A stretch of 53,433 nt of DNA from contig JAVJWO010000105.1 of the NCBI GenBank assembly GCA_040222015.1, positions 1 through 53,433 of the forward strand, in the 5' to 3' direction. This stretch comes from Coleofasciculus chthonoplastes F2-STO-03 (GTDB taxonomy: Bacteria; Cyanobacteriota; Cyanobacteriia; Cyanobacteriales; Coleofasciculaceae). Position numbers and translations under genes: made by a program. Under the pieces are notes generated by a model, which was not told where the DNA came from, made no database searches, and saw only the letters and a list, made by a program, of their open reading frames with translations. Of this stretch, positions 8,785 to 18,625 are shown piece after piece. How positions within the stretch are numbered: the stretch's first letter is position 1; each line of letters begins with the position of its first letter.

Positions 8785-10833
8785 TTGGAGGTTAATTTCA
8801 TGATGACGGAGTTGTCTGACCCGACAGTTGATAATGAAAAAACGTATGGCGATTTACTGACAGCGATTCAAGCCAGTCAAGGTAAGTTGAGTGTAATCCT
8901 AGCGGTTTGTGATGATATCCATTACCGCAACCAACTGATTGAACGCTATGAAACCGAACTCGCCGCCTCTATGCGATCGCATCGCGTTACCTTGGTTAAG
9001 GATGACCCGAACCTGAGCCACGCCATTACTGAACTTGTCCAAACCAATGACGATTTACGTCAGGGGGGAAACGCTGTTGTCACCGTGACGGGTGCTGAAC
9101 AACTTCTCTGGCTCAAATTCGACGCTCAGCATTCAGAACAGGAAATTTTTTTCGCCTCCTTACCAGAAACCCAAGACGCCTTATCCGCCAAGGCTAGTCC
9201 ACTTATCCTGTGGCTCACTCACCAACTAGAGAGTCAGCTAAGTCAAAATGCTCCAGAGTTCCAAAATTGGTGTCAAGCTGTCTTTTGCTTCCACTCCAAA
9301 AAAACAGCCGCTATTCCCATTCAAAACATTGAGCCATTCCGCCATCTTATCGAAGAAAGCGATGCTTGGGAGCCAAACGTATCAGTCTTTCCCGTCGCCG
9401 ATCTCAACGCCTTGATCGAGTATACCAAAGCCAAACACGGCGTCAACGACCCGAATTTGGCAACCTTATATGCTCAAGTCGGACAAGTTTATCAACGACG
9501 CCTAGAACAGGGTGAATCTCTAAATTATCCCCAAGAACAAGCCTTAGCCGTTGAGTATTTGAGTCAAGCCATTCAGCTAAAAAAAGAACTCGGCTTAGAA
9601 ACAACCTTAGCCGAAACGGTGAATAATCTAGCCGAACTCTACAGGCTGCAAGGACGCTACAGAGAAGCTGAACCCCTTTATTTAGAAGCCTTAGAACTCA
9701 GAAAAAGCTGGTTGGGCGATACTCATCCTGATGTCGCCACCAGCCTCAACAACTTGGCAAAACTTTACCAGGCTCAAGGACATTACGCCCAAGCCGAACC
9801 TCTTTATCTGCAAGCCTTGGACTTGAGGAAACGCTTACTGGGTGATGATCATCCAGATATCGCTCATAGCCTCAATGATTTAGCCACCCTCTATTTTTGT
9901 CAAGGACGCTATGAAGACGCCGAACCCCTTTATCTGCAAACCTTGGACTTGAGGAAACGTAACTTAGGCGAGGAGCATCTGGATGTGGCAACCAGCCTTA
10001 GTAATCTAGGCTTACTTTATCATTATCAAAGACGCTACGAGGATGCTGAACCCCTTTATCTGCAATCCTTAGACATCGAAAAACGTTTGTTGGGCGAAGA
10101 GCATCCAGATGTCGCCACAAGCCTGAACAATCTCGCCGCCCTTTATAAGTCCCAAGGGCGCTATGAGGATGCTGAACCCCTTTATCTGCAAGCCTTGGAC
10201 TTGCAAAAACGCTTATTGGGAGATAACCATCCCGATGTCGCCACCAACCTCAACAACTTAGCCGCCCTCTACTTCTGTCAAGGACGCTACGAGAAAGCCG
10301 AACCCCTCTATCTCCAGGCGTTAGACATTAGAAAACGCTTGTTAGGAGAAAACCATCCCGATGTAGCACAAAGTTTGAATAATTTGGCAGGACTTTACTT
10401 TTCTAAAGGACCCAATAACAAAACCGAATCATTCTATTTAGAAGCGTTAAATATTCGGAAACGCTTATTGGGAGAGAACCATCCGGATGTAGCAACGAGT
10501 CTGAATAATTTAGCATTATTTTATCATTATCAGGGACACTATGACAAAGCCGAACCCCTCTATCTGCAAGCCTTACATTTGAGAAAACGTTTATTGGGGG
10601 ATATCCATCCCGATGTAGTCACCAGTATGAATAATTTGGCATTACTCTACCATTATCAAGGACGCTACGAGCAAGCCGAACCTCTCTATCTCCAAGTATT
10701 GGAACTCGGTAAACGCTTATGGGGAGAAGAGCATCCCGATGTCGCGATCAGTTTAAATAATTTGGCAGCCCTCTATAAGTCTCAAGGACGATACGAACAA
10801 GCTGAATACTTAATGTCCAAGCTATGGAATTGA
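8785..10833 (+). CDS. TPR protein with an N-terminal alpha/beta (degenerate P-loop-like) domain; 3' end probably frameshifted; start may be ATG at 8800
   Basis: About 200-aa N-terminal domain followed by about 10 42-aa TPR repeats paralogous to 6581-8386. Confidence 0.88.
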   Translation: MEVNFMMTELSDPTVDNEKTYGDLLTAIQASQGKLSVILAVCDDIHYRNQLIERYETELAASMRSHRVTLVKDDPNLSHAITELVQTNDDLRQGGNAVVTVTGAEQLLWLKFDAQHSEQEIFFASLPETQDALSAKASPLILWLTHQLESQLSQNAPEFQNWCQAVFCFHSKKTAAIPIQNIEPFRHLIEESDAWEPNVSVFPVADLNALIEYTKAKHGVNDPNLATLYAQVGQVYQRRLEQGESLNYPQEQALAVEYLSQAIQLKKELGLETTLAETVNNLAELYRLQGRYREAEPLYLEALELRKSWLGDTHPDVATSLNNLAKLYQAQGHYAQAEPLYLQALDLRKRLLGDDHPDIAHSLNDLATLYFCQGRYEDAEPLYLQTLDLRKRNLGEEHLDVATSLSNLGLLYHYQRRYEDAEPLYLQSLDIEKRLLGEEHPDVATSLNNLAALYKSQGRYEDAEPLYLQALDLQKRLLGDNHPDVATNLNNLAALYFCQGRYEKAEPLYLQALDIRKRLLGENHPDVAQSLNNLAGLYFSKGPNNKTESFYLEALNIRKRLLGENHPDVATSLNNLALFYHYQGHYDKAEPLYLQALHLRKRLLGDIHPDVVTSMNNLALLYHYQGRYEQAEPLYLQVLELGKRLWGEEHPDVAISLNNLAALYKSQGRYEQAEYLMSKLWN

Positions 10834-10974
10834 GGAACGGTTGATGAGAAGATAAGGCGGACAAGGAAGACAAGGCAGATCAATTACTATTACTATATCC
10901 TTGAGAGAAGCGAAGGGTCAAAACTTACGTCTCTTCGTTGAGCAACATACGGTGAAAAGTAAGAAATATGGACT

Positions 10975-11832
10975 TCAACTTCCAGTATTATTTCTTGAGG
11001 AGAGGTGATCTAAATCAAGCGGATCGCTCTCAACATAATCTTTTGCGGTCATGTCTTCCAAAGACACAACTAAACCATGTACAGATTTAAATCGCCCCGA
11101 TTCAGGGAGTAATTTCAACCATTTTTCCAGATATTGATGCCATTCTTTTTCCTGAAACTGAACCTGTTCTTGATTACGGATAAACCAAAACATCAGTTCA
11201 ATTTCATCAGCATTCCAAGATGGTGCTGCACGTACTCTAATTTCTCGTAAGGCACGAAGGGCATCCCCTTCAACGCTTAATTTATCGTGCTTATCTTGCA
11301 TCCGATTTTGAAGTTTTTGTGCAAATGCAATGAAGTCATCAGGAAAAGCAAATCGAACTCGCTTCCGTGCTAATGCTTGTCCTAATATCCTAACCTCGTC
11401 ATCGTTTTGGCATCCTGGTATACGCTCCCATTCTGCAACAACAGCCTTTTCTACTGTCATCACACGATCAAGATCAGCAACAAGAATAAATTCAGAAACT
11501 CCTGGAATATAGGCATACTGAGGTCGTCTACTTCGTTGGATCTCATACAAACGTTGTTGATTAACCTCTACAAGAGGCACTACCTCTATGAATGGACGAT
11601 CATGGCAAGGACGCACAATATCACATGTTTGTGTAACTACAGCAAAACCATTGACCTCGGATTCTGCAAGGTCAATTTCTTCTTGTGCAAGATTAACAGA
11701 GTCCTCTGTCAAAGGACGTTTAGGATTAAAGCGGTAGAGGAACCAATGTTCTCCAAGAGTACAATCACCTTGACGCCACTCTCTAAGAGCAGCGTCTACT
11801 TCCTGAATCCAAACATCACGTTCATTGCTCAC
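10975..11832 (-). CDS. Hypothetical protein with a PemK/MazF-like N-terminal motif pattern; probable start GTG at 11832 (ORF extends to 11913)
   Basis: WRQGD...FAVVTQTCDI...FIEVVPL...LVADLDRVMTVEK; GTG at 11832 overlaps the end of the upstream HTH gene and is preceded by AAGGAG. Confidence 0.65.
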   Translation of the reverse strand: MSNERDVWIQEVDAALREWRQGDCTLGEHWFLYRFNPKRPLTEDSVNLAQEEIDLAESEVNGFAVVTQTCDIVRPCHDRPFIEVVPLVEVNQQRLYEIQRSRRPQYAYIPGVSEFILVADLDRVMTVEKAVVAEWERIPGCQNDDEVRILGQALARKRVRFAFPDDFIAFAQKLQNRMQDKHDKLSVEGDALRALREIRVRAAPSWNADEIELMFWFIRNQEQVQFQEKEWHQYLEKWLKLLPESGRFKSVHGLVVSLEDMTAKDYVESDPLDLDHLSSRNNTGS

Positions 11833-12514
11833 TACTGTTTCTTCGACTCCTTGCAACTCTGGCTGGTCTGGAGCGTCCAACCTCACGATGGATAGTATCT
11901 TGGAGAGCATCAACTAAATCTGCTGGATTTGGTGGCATACGTGACCTATCGGCATATTTGGATAATGGCTTTAGCTGCGGTTTATCAGGAGCATTACCAA
12001 GACCAAGAATCTGTTTTACCTTTTCGTGTTCACCTGCTACCAGTAAATCAAAAGGAGATCTACCATCACTATCCGGTTTCAACAAGAGACTGCGATTGAG
12101 ACTTGCGCTCCCTCGGTTAATGTACTGAATAGTGTTGAAAAGTTGATCCAGTTTCTGCTTATTAGATTGAGATAGCTGTTGTCCACTTGCCCAAGCATGA
12201 AGACTTCTACGAGAAACATCGAAGAGTTTAGCGAGTTGCTCCCAGGTCAATCCACTCAACTTCCTCAGTTGGTTAACAGCTTTCTGCGTCGTTTCTCTAG
12301 AACCAGTGGACGGTAGAGTCACGCCACTTGTTGTCATGTCCAAAGTAACTAACGCACTGGAAAAAACAGTAGTTATGGAAGCCGTTGTGCTAGAACGATC
12401 TCTAAAAATTCTAGAACAAATAAATGGATTAGGATTAGTATCCAATTTACCCATGGCTCCAAGAGCAGAAGTACGCGATGGCTGAGCGTGTTTTTTTTCT
12501 GCAAGAGTAATCAT
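11822..12514 (-). CDS. XRE-type HTH protein with Xre/MbcA/ParS-like C-terminal segment (putative antitoxin)
   Basis: LRKLSGLTWEQLAKLFDVSRRSLHAWASG helix-turn-helix; GRSPFDLLVAGEHEKVKQIL resembles DUF2384; ATGA overlap with the upstream gene. Confidence 0.72.
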   Translation of the reverse strand: MITLAEKKHAQPSRTSALGAMGKLDTNPNPFICSRIFRDRSSTTASITTVFSSALVTLDMTTSGVTLPSTGSRETTQKAVNQLRKLSGLTWEQLAKLFDVSRRSLHAWASGQQLSQSNKQKLDQLFNTIQYINRGSASLNRSLLLKPDSDGRSPFDLLVAGEHEKVKQILGLGNAPDKPQLKPLSKYADRSRMPPNPADLVDALQDTIHREVGRSRPARVARSRRNSSEQ

Positions 12515-13314
12515 AATTTTCCTCCAAATCGCCGCAAAAATTCATCCTGTACTGCCCATCTGAAGAACGTATAAATTCTCTCAGCAAAATTCTGTGCTTC
12601 ACTTATCAATGCCTCAACACTGAATTCTCGGTTCTTTGACTTTGAAGACATATCTATATCAAGTATCCAGCTCGGTTCATCAATAGGTTCAATTGCATTG
12701 GGATCAAACGTTACATCAGCAGACATTAATCCCCACCTAGCAGCGATAATTTGCTCATCTCCATCGGGAATTATAAACCAAGATTCATTAATAGTCTGAT
12801 AAATATATTTTCTAAACTCAGTAGCGACAATACCAGCTATCTCAGGTTTCACAAGTAACGATATATCCTCAAGTTCTTGACCAACAAGTCGATCGATATA
12901 GCGTAAGCCAAATCGTTCAATAACCTTGGGCTTAAAATTTTCATCGAGTGCTTGTAGCGCGTTTTTAAAACGTTTTAGGAAATCGCTACGACTTGAGTAA
13001 GCTGTTGTTTCTATTGCTAAAAAGTTGGGTGCTAATGAGATTCGCCAACTATTTGTTGTGTCTAAAAATCGCCAAGTTAATTGAGGTGCAGTTTCCACGA
13101 TACCTGGGGAACCCAAAACTAACCCCGGAGTCTGTTCCAGATGTAGGATAGGATATGTTTCTCGAATTGCCTCTTGAAATGAACCCACAAACTCTTTTTT
13201 CTCAATCGAAAGAATAGGTGGAAAGCGCACTTGTGCAATCACTCGCACCAAAGGTGCATCTTTCAACGGTACTTCTTGAGGTGGTTGTGCAATGAGTGGA
13301 TTGGTATTGACCAC
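12511..13314 (-). CDS. TIGR04255 family protein
   Basis: PLKDAPLVRVIAQVRFP, TTAYSSRSDF, RFGLRYIDR, WILDID motifs; 267 aa. Confidence 0.82.
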   Translation of the reverse strand: MVNTNPLIAQPPQEVPLKDAPLVRVIAQVRFPPILSIEKKEFVGSFQEAIRETYPILHLEQTPGLVLGSPGIVETAPQLTWRFLDTTNSWRISLAPNFLAIETTAYSSRSDFLKRFKNALQALDENFKPKVIERFGLRYIDRLVGQELEDISLLVKPEIAGIVATEFRKYIYQTINESWFIIPDGDEQIIAARWGLMSADVTFDPNAIEPIDEPSWILDIDMSSKSKNREFSVEALISEAQNFAERIYTFFRWAVQDEFLRRFGGKL

Positions 13315-13584
13315 TTTCTACATCCTTTTTGGGACTTGAGCGAGAAATTGGGCATAGATTCAGATATGAGAGATACTACGCCTATTGCTATCGTAGAGCA
13401 AAAGTGTGAAGTAGAGTGTGAAGTTTAAGAAATGTAAAGCTTAAAGGTTTTTCTGTAGAGTATTGAGCCATAGAGAAAAATTAGAGGCAATCCAATATCC
13501 ACAGCACTTCCAGCATACCCGTTAAAAATAGACGGTTGCGATCGCACGTCCTATAATTGCCAGTAAAACTCAGGATCAACAGAC

Positions 13585-15114
13585 ATGCTTGCCAGGGTTT
13601 GGAGTGCTTCGCTAGTTGGCATCGATGCGGTGAAAGTCGGTGTTGAAGTCGATGTGTCGGGCGGACTACCGGGAATTGTCGTTGTGGGATTACCCGATAC
13701 CGCCGTCCAAGAATCGCGAGAACGGGTGAGGGCGGCGTTAAAAAATGCCGGGTTTGTCTTCCCGATGCGGAAAATTGTGATTAATCTCACTCCCGCCGAC
13801 TTACGCAAAGAAGGACCCAGCTTTGATTTACCCATTAGTGTGGGAATTCTCGCCGCCTCGCAACAAGTCAATCCTGAATTATTAGGCGATTATCTATTTT
13901 TAGGCGAAGTCTCCTTGGATGGCAATTTACGCCCCATTGCGGGAGTCTTACCCATCGCCGCCGCCGCCCAAAGTTTGGGGATTTCTGGGTTAGTTGTACC
14001 CGCTGATAATGCCCAAGAAGCCGCCGTGGTGCGTGGACTCGCGGTTTACGGATTCCAACATCTGGCTGATGTAGCAGATTTCTTGAACCAACCCGAACGC
14101 TATTCCCCGGTAGCGATGGATGAATTCCCTCAATCATCCTCCTATCCGTTTACAGGCGGAAACTTAAACGAAGTCAAAGGTCAATCCCATGCGCGTCGGG
14201 CGTTAGAAATTGCCGCAGCCGGAGGTCATAATTTAATTTTCGTCGGTCCACCGGGAAGCGGTAAAACCATGCTAGCGCGACGATTACCGGGGATTTTACC
14301 ACCCTTGAGTTTTGAAGAAGCCCTGGAAGTCACCCAAATCTATTCTGTAGCTGGATTACTCAAAGATAAAGGCAGATTAATCAGATATCGCCCCTTCCGC
14401 AGTCCCCACCATTCTGCCTCAGGTCCATCATTAGTTGGGGGTGGTAGTTTTCCTCGTCCTGGAGAAATTTCCTTGGCGCATCGAGGGGTATTATTTCTGG
14501 ATGAATTAACCGAATTTAAGCGCAATGTATTGGAATTTTTGCGCCAACCATTAGAAGATGGTTATGTGACCATTTCTCGCACCCGACAATCCGTCTTGTT
14601 TCCGGCACAATTTACCTTAGTTGCTAGTACTAATCCCTGTCCCTGTGGTTACTTTGGCGATACCCTGCAACCCTGCACCTGTTCAGCGCGACAACGGGAG
14701 AACTATTGGGCAAAACTTTCTGGTCCACTCATGGATCGGATAGATTTACAAGTTGCGGTAAATCGCCTCAAACCCGAAGAGATTACTCGACAACCCCAAA
14801 GCGAAGCGTCAGAAGCCGTAAGGGAGAGAGTCAAAGTAGCCCGCGATCGCACTCGTCATCGCTTCAACTCAGAACCCTCCCTACGCTGCAATGCCCAGAT
14901 GCAAAGTAGTCATTTGAGACAATGGTGTCATTTAGATGATAGTAGTCGCAATCTTTTAGAAGGGGCAATTCGCAAACTCGGACTCTCTGCCCGGGCAAGC
15001 GATCGCATCCTCAAAGTCGCCCGCACAATTGCCGATTTATCGGGGGCTGAAACGTTGCAAATGTCACACATTGCTGAAGCTATTCAATATCGCACCATTG
15101 ATCGTATGCAGTAA
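13585..15114 (+). CDS. comM: YifB/ComM Mg-chelatase-like AAA+ ATPase
   Basis: VVGLPDTAVQESRERV, KEGPSFDLPI, GPPGSGKTMLARRL, RSPHHSAS, LFLDELTEF, NPCPCG. Confidence 0.93.
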   Translation: MLARVWSASLVGIDAVKVGVEVDVSGGLPGIVVVGLPDTAVQESRERVRAALKNAGFVFPMRKIVINLTPADLRKEGPSFDLPISVGILAASQQVNPELLGDYLFLGEVSLDGNLRPIAGVLPIAAAAQSLGISGLVVPADNAQEAAVVRGLAVYGFQHLADVADFLNQPERYSPVAMDEFPQSSSYPFTGGNLNEVKGQSHARRALEIAAAGGHNLIFVGPPGSGKTMLARRLPGILPPLSFEEALEVTQIYSVAGLLKDKGRLIRYRPFRSPHHSASGPSLVGGGSFPRPGEISLAHRGVLFLDELTEFKRNVLEFLRQPLEDGYVTISRTRQSVLFPAQFTLVASTNPCPCGYFGDTLQPCTCSARQRENYWAKLSGPLMDRIDLQVAVNRLKPEEITRQPQSEASEAVRERVKVARDRTRHRFNSEPSLRCNAQMQSSHLRQWCHLDDSSRNLLEGAIRKLGLSARASDRILKVARTIADLSGAETLQMSHIAEAIQYRTIDRMQ

Positions 15115-15253
15115 CACAGATTACACAGATTGAATGAGATTCTCCAGAAGACTCACGATTGAATGACACAGATTAAGTAGGTTGGTGGAAATAAACTCGA
15201 CTATATTAAGTTATGTCAACAAACCTCAAACCTTTACAAATGACAAGTGACAA

Positions 15254-16429
15254 ATGACAAATGACATCTGTACAACCGTTGAGTTATTTTGCGGGATTGG
15301 AGGATTCCGGATTGCGGCGGATCAGAGAAATATAGGCACAATCTGGGCAAATGATCGTTGTCCGAAAGCCTGTCAAGTATACCGCGATCGCTTTAGAGAG
15401 ACATCATTATATCCCGGTGATATTTATCAAATCGTTGATGAAATTCCACCTCACGATCTGTTAACGGCTGGTTTTCCCTGTCAACCGTTCAGTAGTGCTG
15501 GCAAAAAAAAGGGAGTACGAGATCCACGCGGTCATATTTTTCAAGTGATTATTGATGTCCTGCAAAGACACAAGCCCAAGTTTTTTATCTTAGAGAATGT
15601 TAAACGCTTGCTGTCTATGGAGGAAGGGACGCATTTTGCCACGATCCTCAATGAGTTAGCGAATTTAGACTATAGAATTGAGTGGCGTTTGATCAACGCT
15701 ATGCATTTTGGTTTACCCCAAAATCGCCAGCGAGTCGTCATTTTAGGTGCTTTAGAAAAGGATACACAGGATAATTTTCCCAATATCCGACTCGCCTCAA
15801 CTGAAAATATCGCTGAGTTATCCGACTCAATGTTTCAAACCTTGACTAATGTTGAATGGTGGAAAAGAATCAAAGACCATGGCACTAGATTTACGACGTG
15901 GGGACTCGCCCAAACAGGTCGTTTTTTCGGCTACAATTTTGCTCAATTTTATCCAGCTACACCCATTTTACCTTTACGGGCAGTTCTTGAGTCAGATGTC
16001 GATTGCCAATTTGATTTTACTGAGTCCACATTAAACCGTTTAACAAACAGTACCCCAGTTAATGATTTTGTTCAAGGTGTACAAATTCTCTATAATCAAA
16101 GTGGGGGAGCGCGAATGGGTTACACCGTATTTGGCATTGATGGTGTTTCACCGACACTTACCTCAACAACGAGTCGGCACTATGAGCGTTATAAAATTGG
16201 CAATCAGTTCCGCCGTCTGACTAATGTAGAATATGCTCGCATTCAGGGCTTTCCAGATGAACATTGTGCGGGGATATCTATCTATGATCAATATGCTCTT
16301 TTCGGAAATGCCATTCCCCCGGTTATGGCTGGGTGGGTTATGGATTGTATCTTAGAAAATAAGATCGTCCAACTCAAAACACCTAAATTTGAACAATTAT
16401 CACTTTTCTCTATAACCGATGCTTGCTAA
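15254..16429 (+). CDS. DNA (cytosine-5)-methyltransferase
   Basis: Motif I ELFCGIGG, IV GFPCQPFS, VI ENVK, VIII QNRQRV, IX RRLT..EYARIQGFPD, X GNAIPP. Confidence 0.95.
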   Translation: MTNDICTTVELFCGIGGFRIAADQRNIGTIWANDRCPKACQVYRDRFRETSLYPGDIYQIVDEIPPHDLLTAGFPCQPFSSAGKKKGVRDPRGHIFQVIIDVLQRHKPKFFILENVKRLLSMEEGTHFATILNELANLDYRIEWRLINAMHFGLPQNRQRVVILGALEKDTQDNFPNIRLASTENIAELSDSMFQTLTNVEWWKRIKDHGTRFTTWGLAQTGRFFGYNFAQFYPATPILPLRAVLESDVDCQFDFTESTLNRLTNSTPVNDFVQGVQILYNQSGGARMGYTVFGIDGVSPTLTSTTSRHYERYKIGNQFRRLTNVEYARIQGFPDEHCAGISIYDQYALFGNAIPPVMAGWVMDCILENKIVQLKTPKFEQLSLFSITDAC

Positions 16430-17408
16430 AGAAGAATTACGCGCTAGATTAAGAGAATCACTGGATACAACAATTCAGGAAGTGAATCGCGCTCTAAAGG
16501 GAGAAAACACGGAACAATTAGCAGACGTATTAACTCGTGTGGGACGAGGAGGAAAACTTCCAAAATGGTATGAGCAGTTACGAACTCAGCACACATTGCC
16601 CAACTTAGATGGTAAGACAATTGGTAGTGTTATTGAAATGTTGTTAATCGCGGTACTCGAAAAGATTATATTTCAAGGTCTTGAGATACCGCCATTACGG
16701 GTTAATCCAGCGCGAGGAGTGGACTTTCCTGATTTTGATCTGGGTATTAAATCCCCTTCAGAAAACTACTGCACCAGCGAACCCTTTTTCTCAGCTTATG
16801 AAAGATTACTCGGTTCTGAGTATGATGTCCTTGTTCTGCTCACTGACTACCAGACTGCCAAGAAAAAGCCACCATTGAGACTGCAAATTATTAAATTTAA
16901 GTACCTATACAAAACTCAGCTAGCGGATTATCGACTTTGCCAAATTGCTAAAAAGCATCGGGAATGGTTGGTGACAGAAAACGAATCTTGGGCAAAGAAG
17001 GTGTTTCGATTTCTGGCGTATGTCAATCAAAGTGACTGGCGTGCCAAGCAACTCCTGCGTTTGCTCGACTGTCTTCAGGATGTGACATTGGTACACCGTT
17101 ATATTCAGCAAGCGGATAAAGATTTTCAGAAAATTAATGAAAAACGCATTGCCAAAGATGCTGAACCCATTCCCCGATCAGATATTGAATCATTACAAAA
17201 AATAAACTCTATTCAGCCTTTTTATCTGGGTGTTATCGATGCGGCTGATAATTGGGTGATCGAGATGCAGAAGGATTTGGCGCGATTTCCTAATAGCAAT
17301 GAATGGTCACGTCTTTTGACCAGTCCGTTGGATGGTCAAATTGGTATGAGTCCTGCGTTGCAGTGGCGATATAATTTCAGTCGCGTTTTTGGTATGACTC
17401 AATCTTGA
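16419..17408 (+). CDS. Putative type II restriction endonuclease (PD-(D/E)xK-like)
   Basis: Overlaps the MTase gene by 11 nt; KTIGSVIE helix and RGVDFPDFDLGIKS catalytic-like motif; assignment mainly from context. Confidence 0.6.
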   Translation: MLAKEELRARLRESLDTTIQEVNRALKGENTEQLADVLTRVGRGGKLPKWYEQLRTQHTLPNLDGKTIGSVIEMLLIAVLEKIIFQGLEIPPLRVNPARGVDFPDFDLGIKSPSENYCTSEPFFSAYERLLGSEYDVLVLLTDYQTAKKKPPLRLQIIKFKYLYKTQLADYRLCQIAKKHREWLVTENESWAKKVFRFLAYVNQSDWRAKQLLRLLDCLQDVTLVHRYIQQADKDFQKINEKRIAKDAEPIPRSDIESLQKINSIQPFYLGVIDAADNWVIEMQKDLARFPNSNEWSRLLTSPLDGQIGMSPALQWRYNFSRVFGMTQS

Positions 17409-17481
17409 TAAGGAGTAAACTAAAGTATCCCTGACTCAATCCTTGGGCTTGGGATAAGGTTACAGCTAAATCTCAAATAGT

Positions 17482-18610
17482 ATGAGTGTAGATTTACTGA
17501 CATTTTTTAAGGCGACAAATCCCGGTCAGACGATTAATATCGCTGATCCTGAAGATCGCAAATACTATATCGACTTTTCTCCGGTTCGCGGTGGGACGAT
17601 TATTGAGGAGTTGAAGGAAAATATTACCATATTCTATGCCAATCAGCCAAGTTGTGATTTGTTTACTGGACATATCGGAGGTGGAGTTGGGTTTGCCGAA
17701 AATGCCAGGGGTTCCCGATGTAAAGATGAAGGCGAATGACAAAGGGGCGTTGTCTTTGGCGTTTGGGATTGGTAAGATTACCGCTAAAGCGCGAGCAGAT
17801 TCGGGATTGCGAGAACGACTGAATCAGTTTTTGGGACCCAAGAAAGCCGAGTTATTAGCGGCGATTAATCAGGAATTGATTGAACCTGCGATCGCGCAGT
17901 TGCAACAGCAGGGAAAAAAGGGATTAGTTGTGATTGTCGATAACTTGGATAGGATTGAGGGTCAAACCAAAGGTTGGGGGCGATCGCAACAGGAATATAT
18001 TTTTATTGATCAGGCGGAATATTTGCAAAAGTTTAATTGCCATGTCGTTTATACCATGCCCTTGGCGTTAAAGTTTGCTGATACCTATGCGCGGTTAACC
18101 CAACGATACAAGGAAGAACCCAAAGTTTTGCCCATGGTACAGGTGCAGCAGGTAGATGGGAGTGACTGTGAGGAGGGGATGAGATTGCTGCGACAGATGG
18201 TATTGGCGCGGGCGTTGCCGGATTTGGACGAACCAGGGCGGTTAAGTCGGGTGAATGACATTTTTGATCATCCGGAGAGTTTAGACCGCTTGTGTCGTGT
18301 CAGTGGCGGTCATGTGCGGGATTTATTACAACTGTTGATCCAGTGGTTGAAGAAGGATCTCAAACAAGGGCGGTTGACTCGTGAAACGTTGGAGGGTTTG
18401 ATTCGTAGTCGTCGCAATGAAATGACGCTTACCATTGATGATCACGAATGGGCGTTATTGCGGAAAGTCCGGGAACGGAAGAAGGTTAGTGGGGATGATG
18501 GGTATCAGAAATTAATTTACAGTCGGTTGGTGTTTGAATATCGCGATCGCGGCGAGTCTTGGTTTGATATTAATCCGGTTTTGGCAGATGCTAAGGAGTT
18601 AAGGGAATGA
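17482..18610 (+). pseudogene. P-loop (AAA/KAP-like) ATPase pseudogene, internal deletion plus frameshift at about 17678
   Basis: First frame stops mid-Walker A (LFTGHIG, no GKS/T); second frame carries Walker B LVVIVDNLDR, SGGHVRD and C-terminal WFDINP. Confidence 0.75.
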
Positions 18611-18625
18611 GTCATTTGTCCTTTG

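Noticed and set aside
6581..10833. 126-nt periodic repeats as CRISPR or DGR template/variable repeats
   Set aside because: They are in-frame TPR coding units; no reverse transcriptase or non-coding template copy is visible
11407..11895. 162-aa plus-strand ORF opposite the MazF-like gene
   Set aside because: Antisense shadow with a TTG start and no recognisable motifs; cannot be supported
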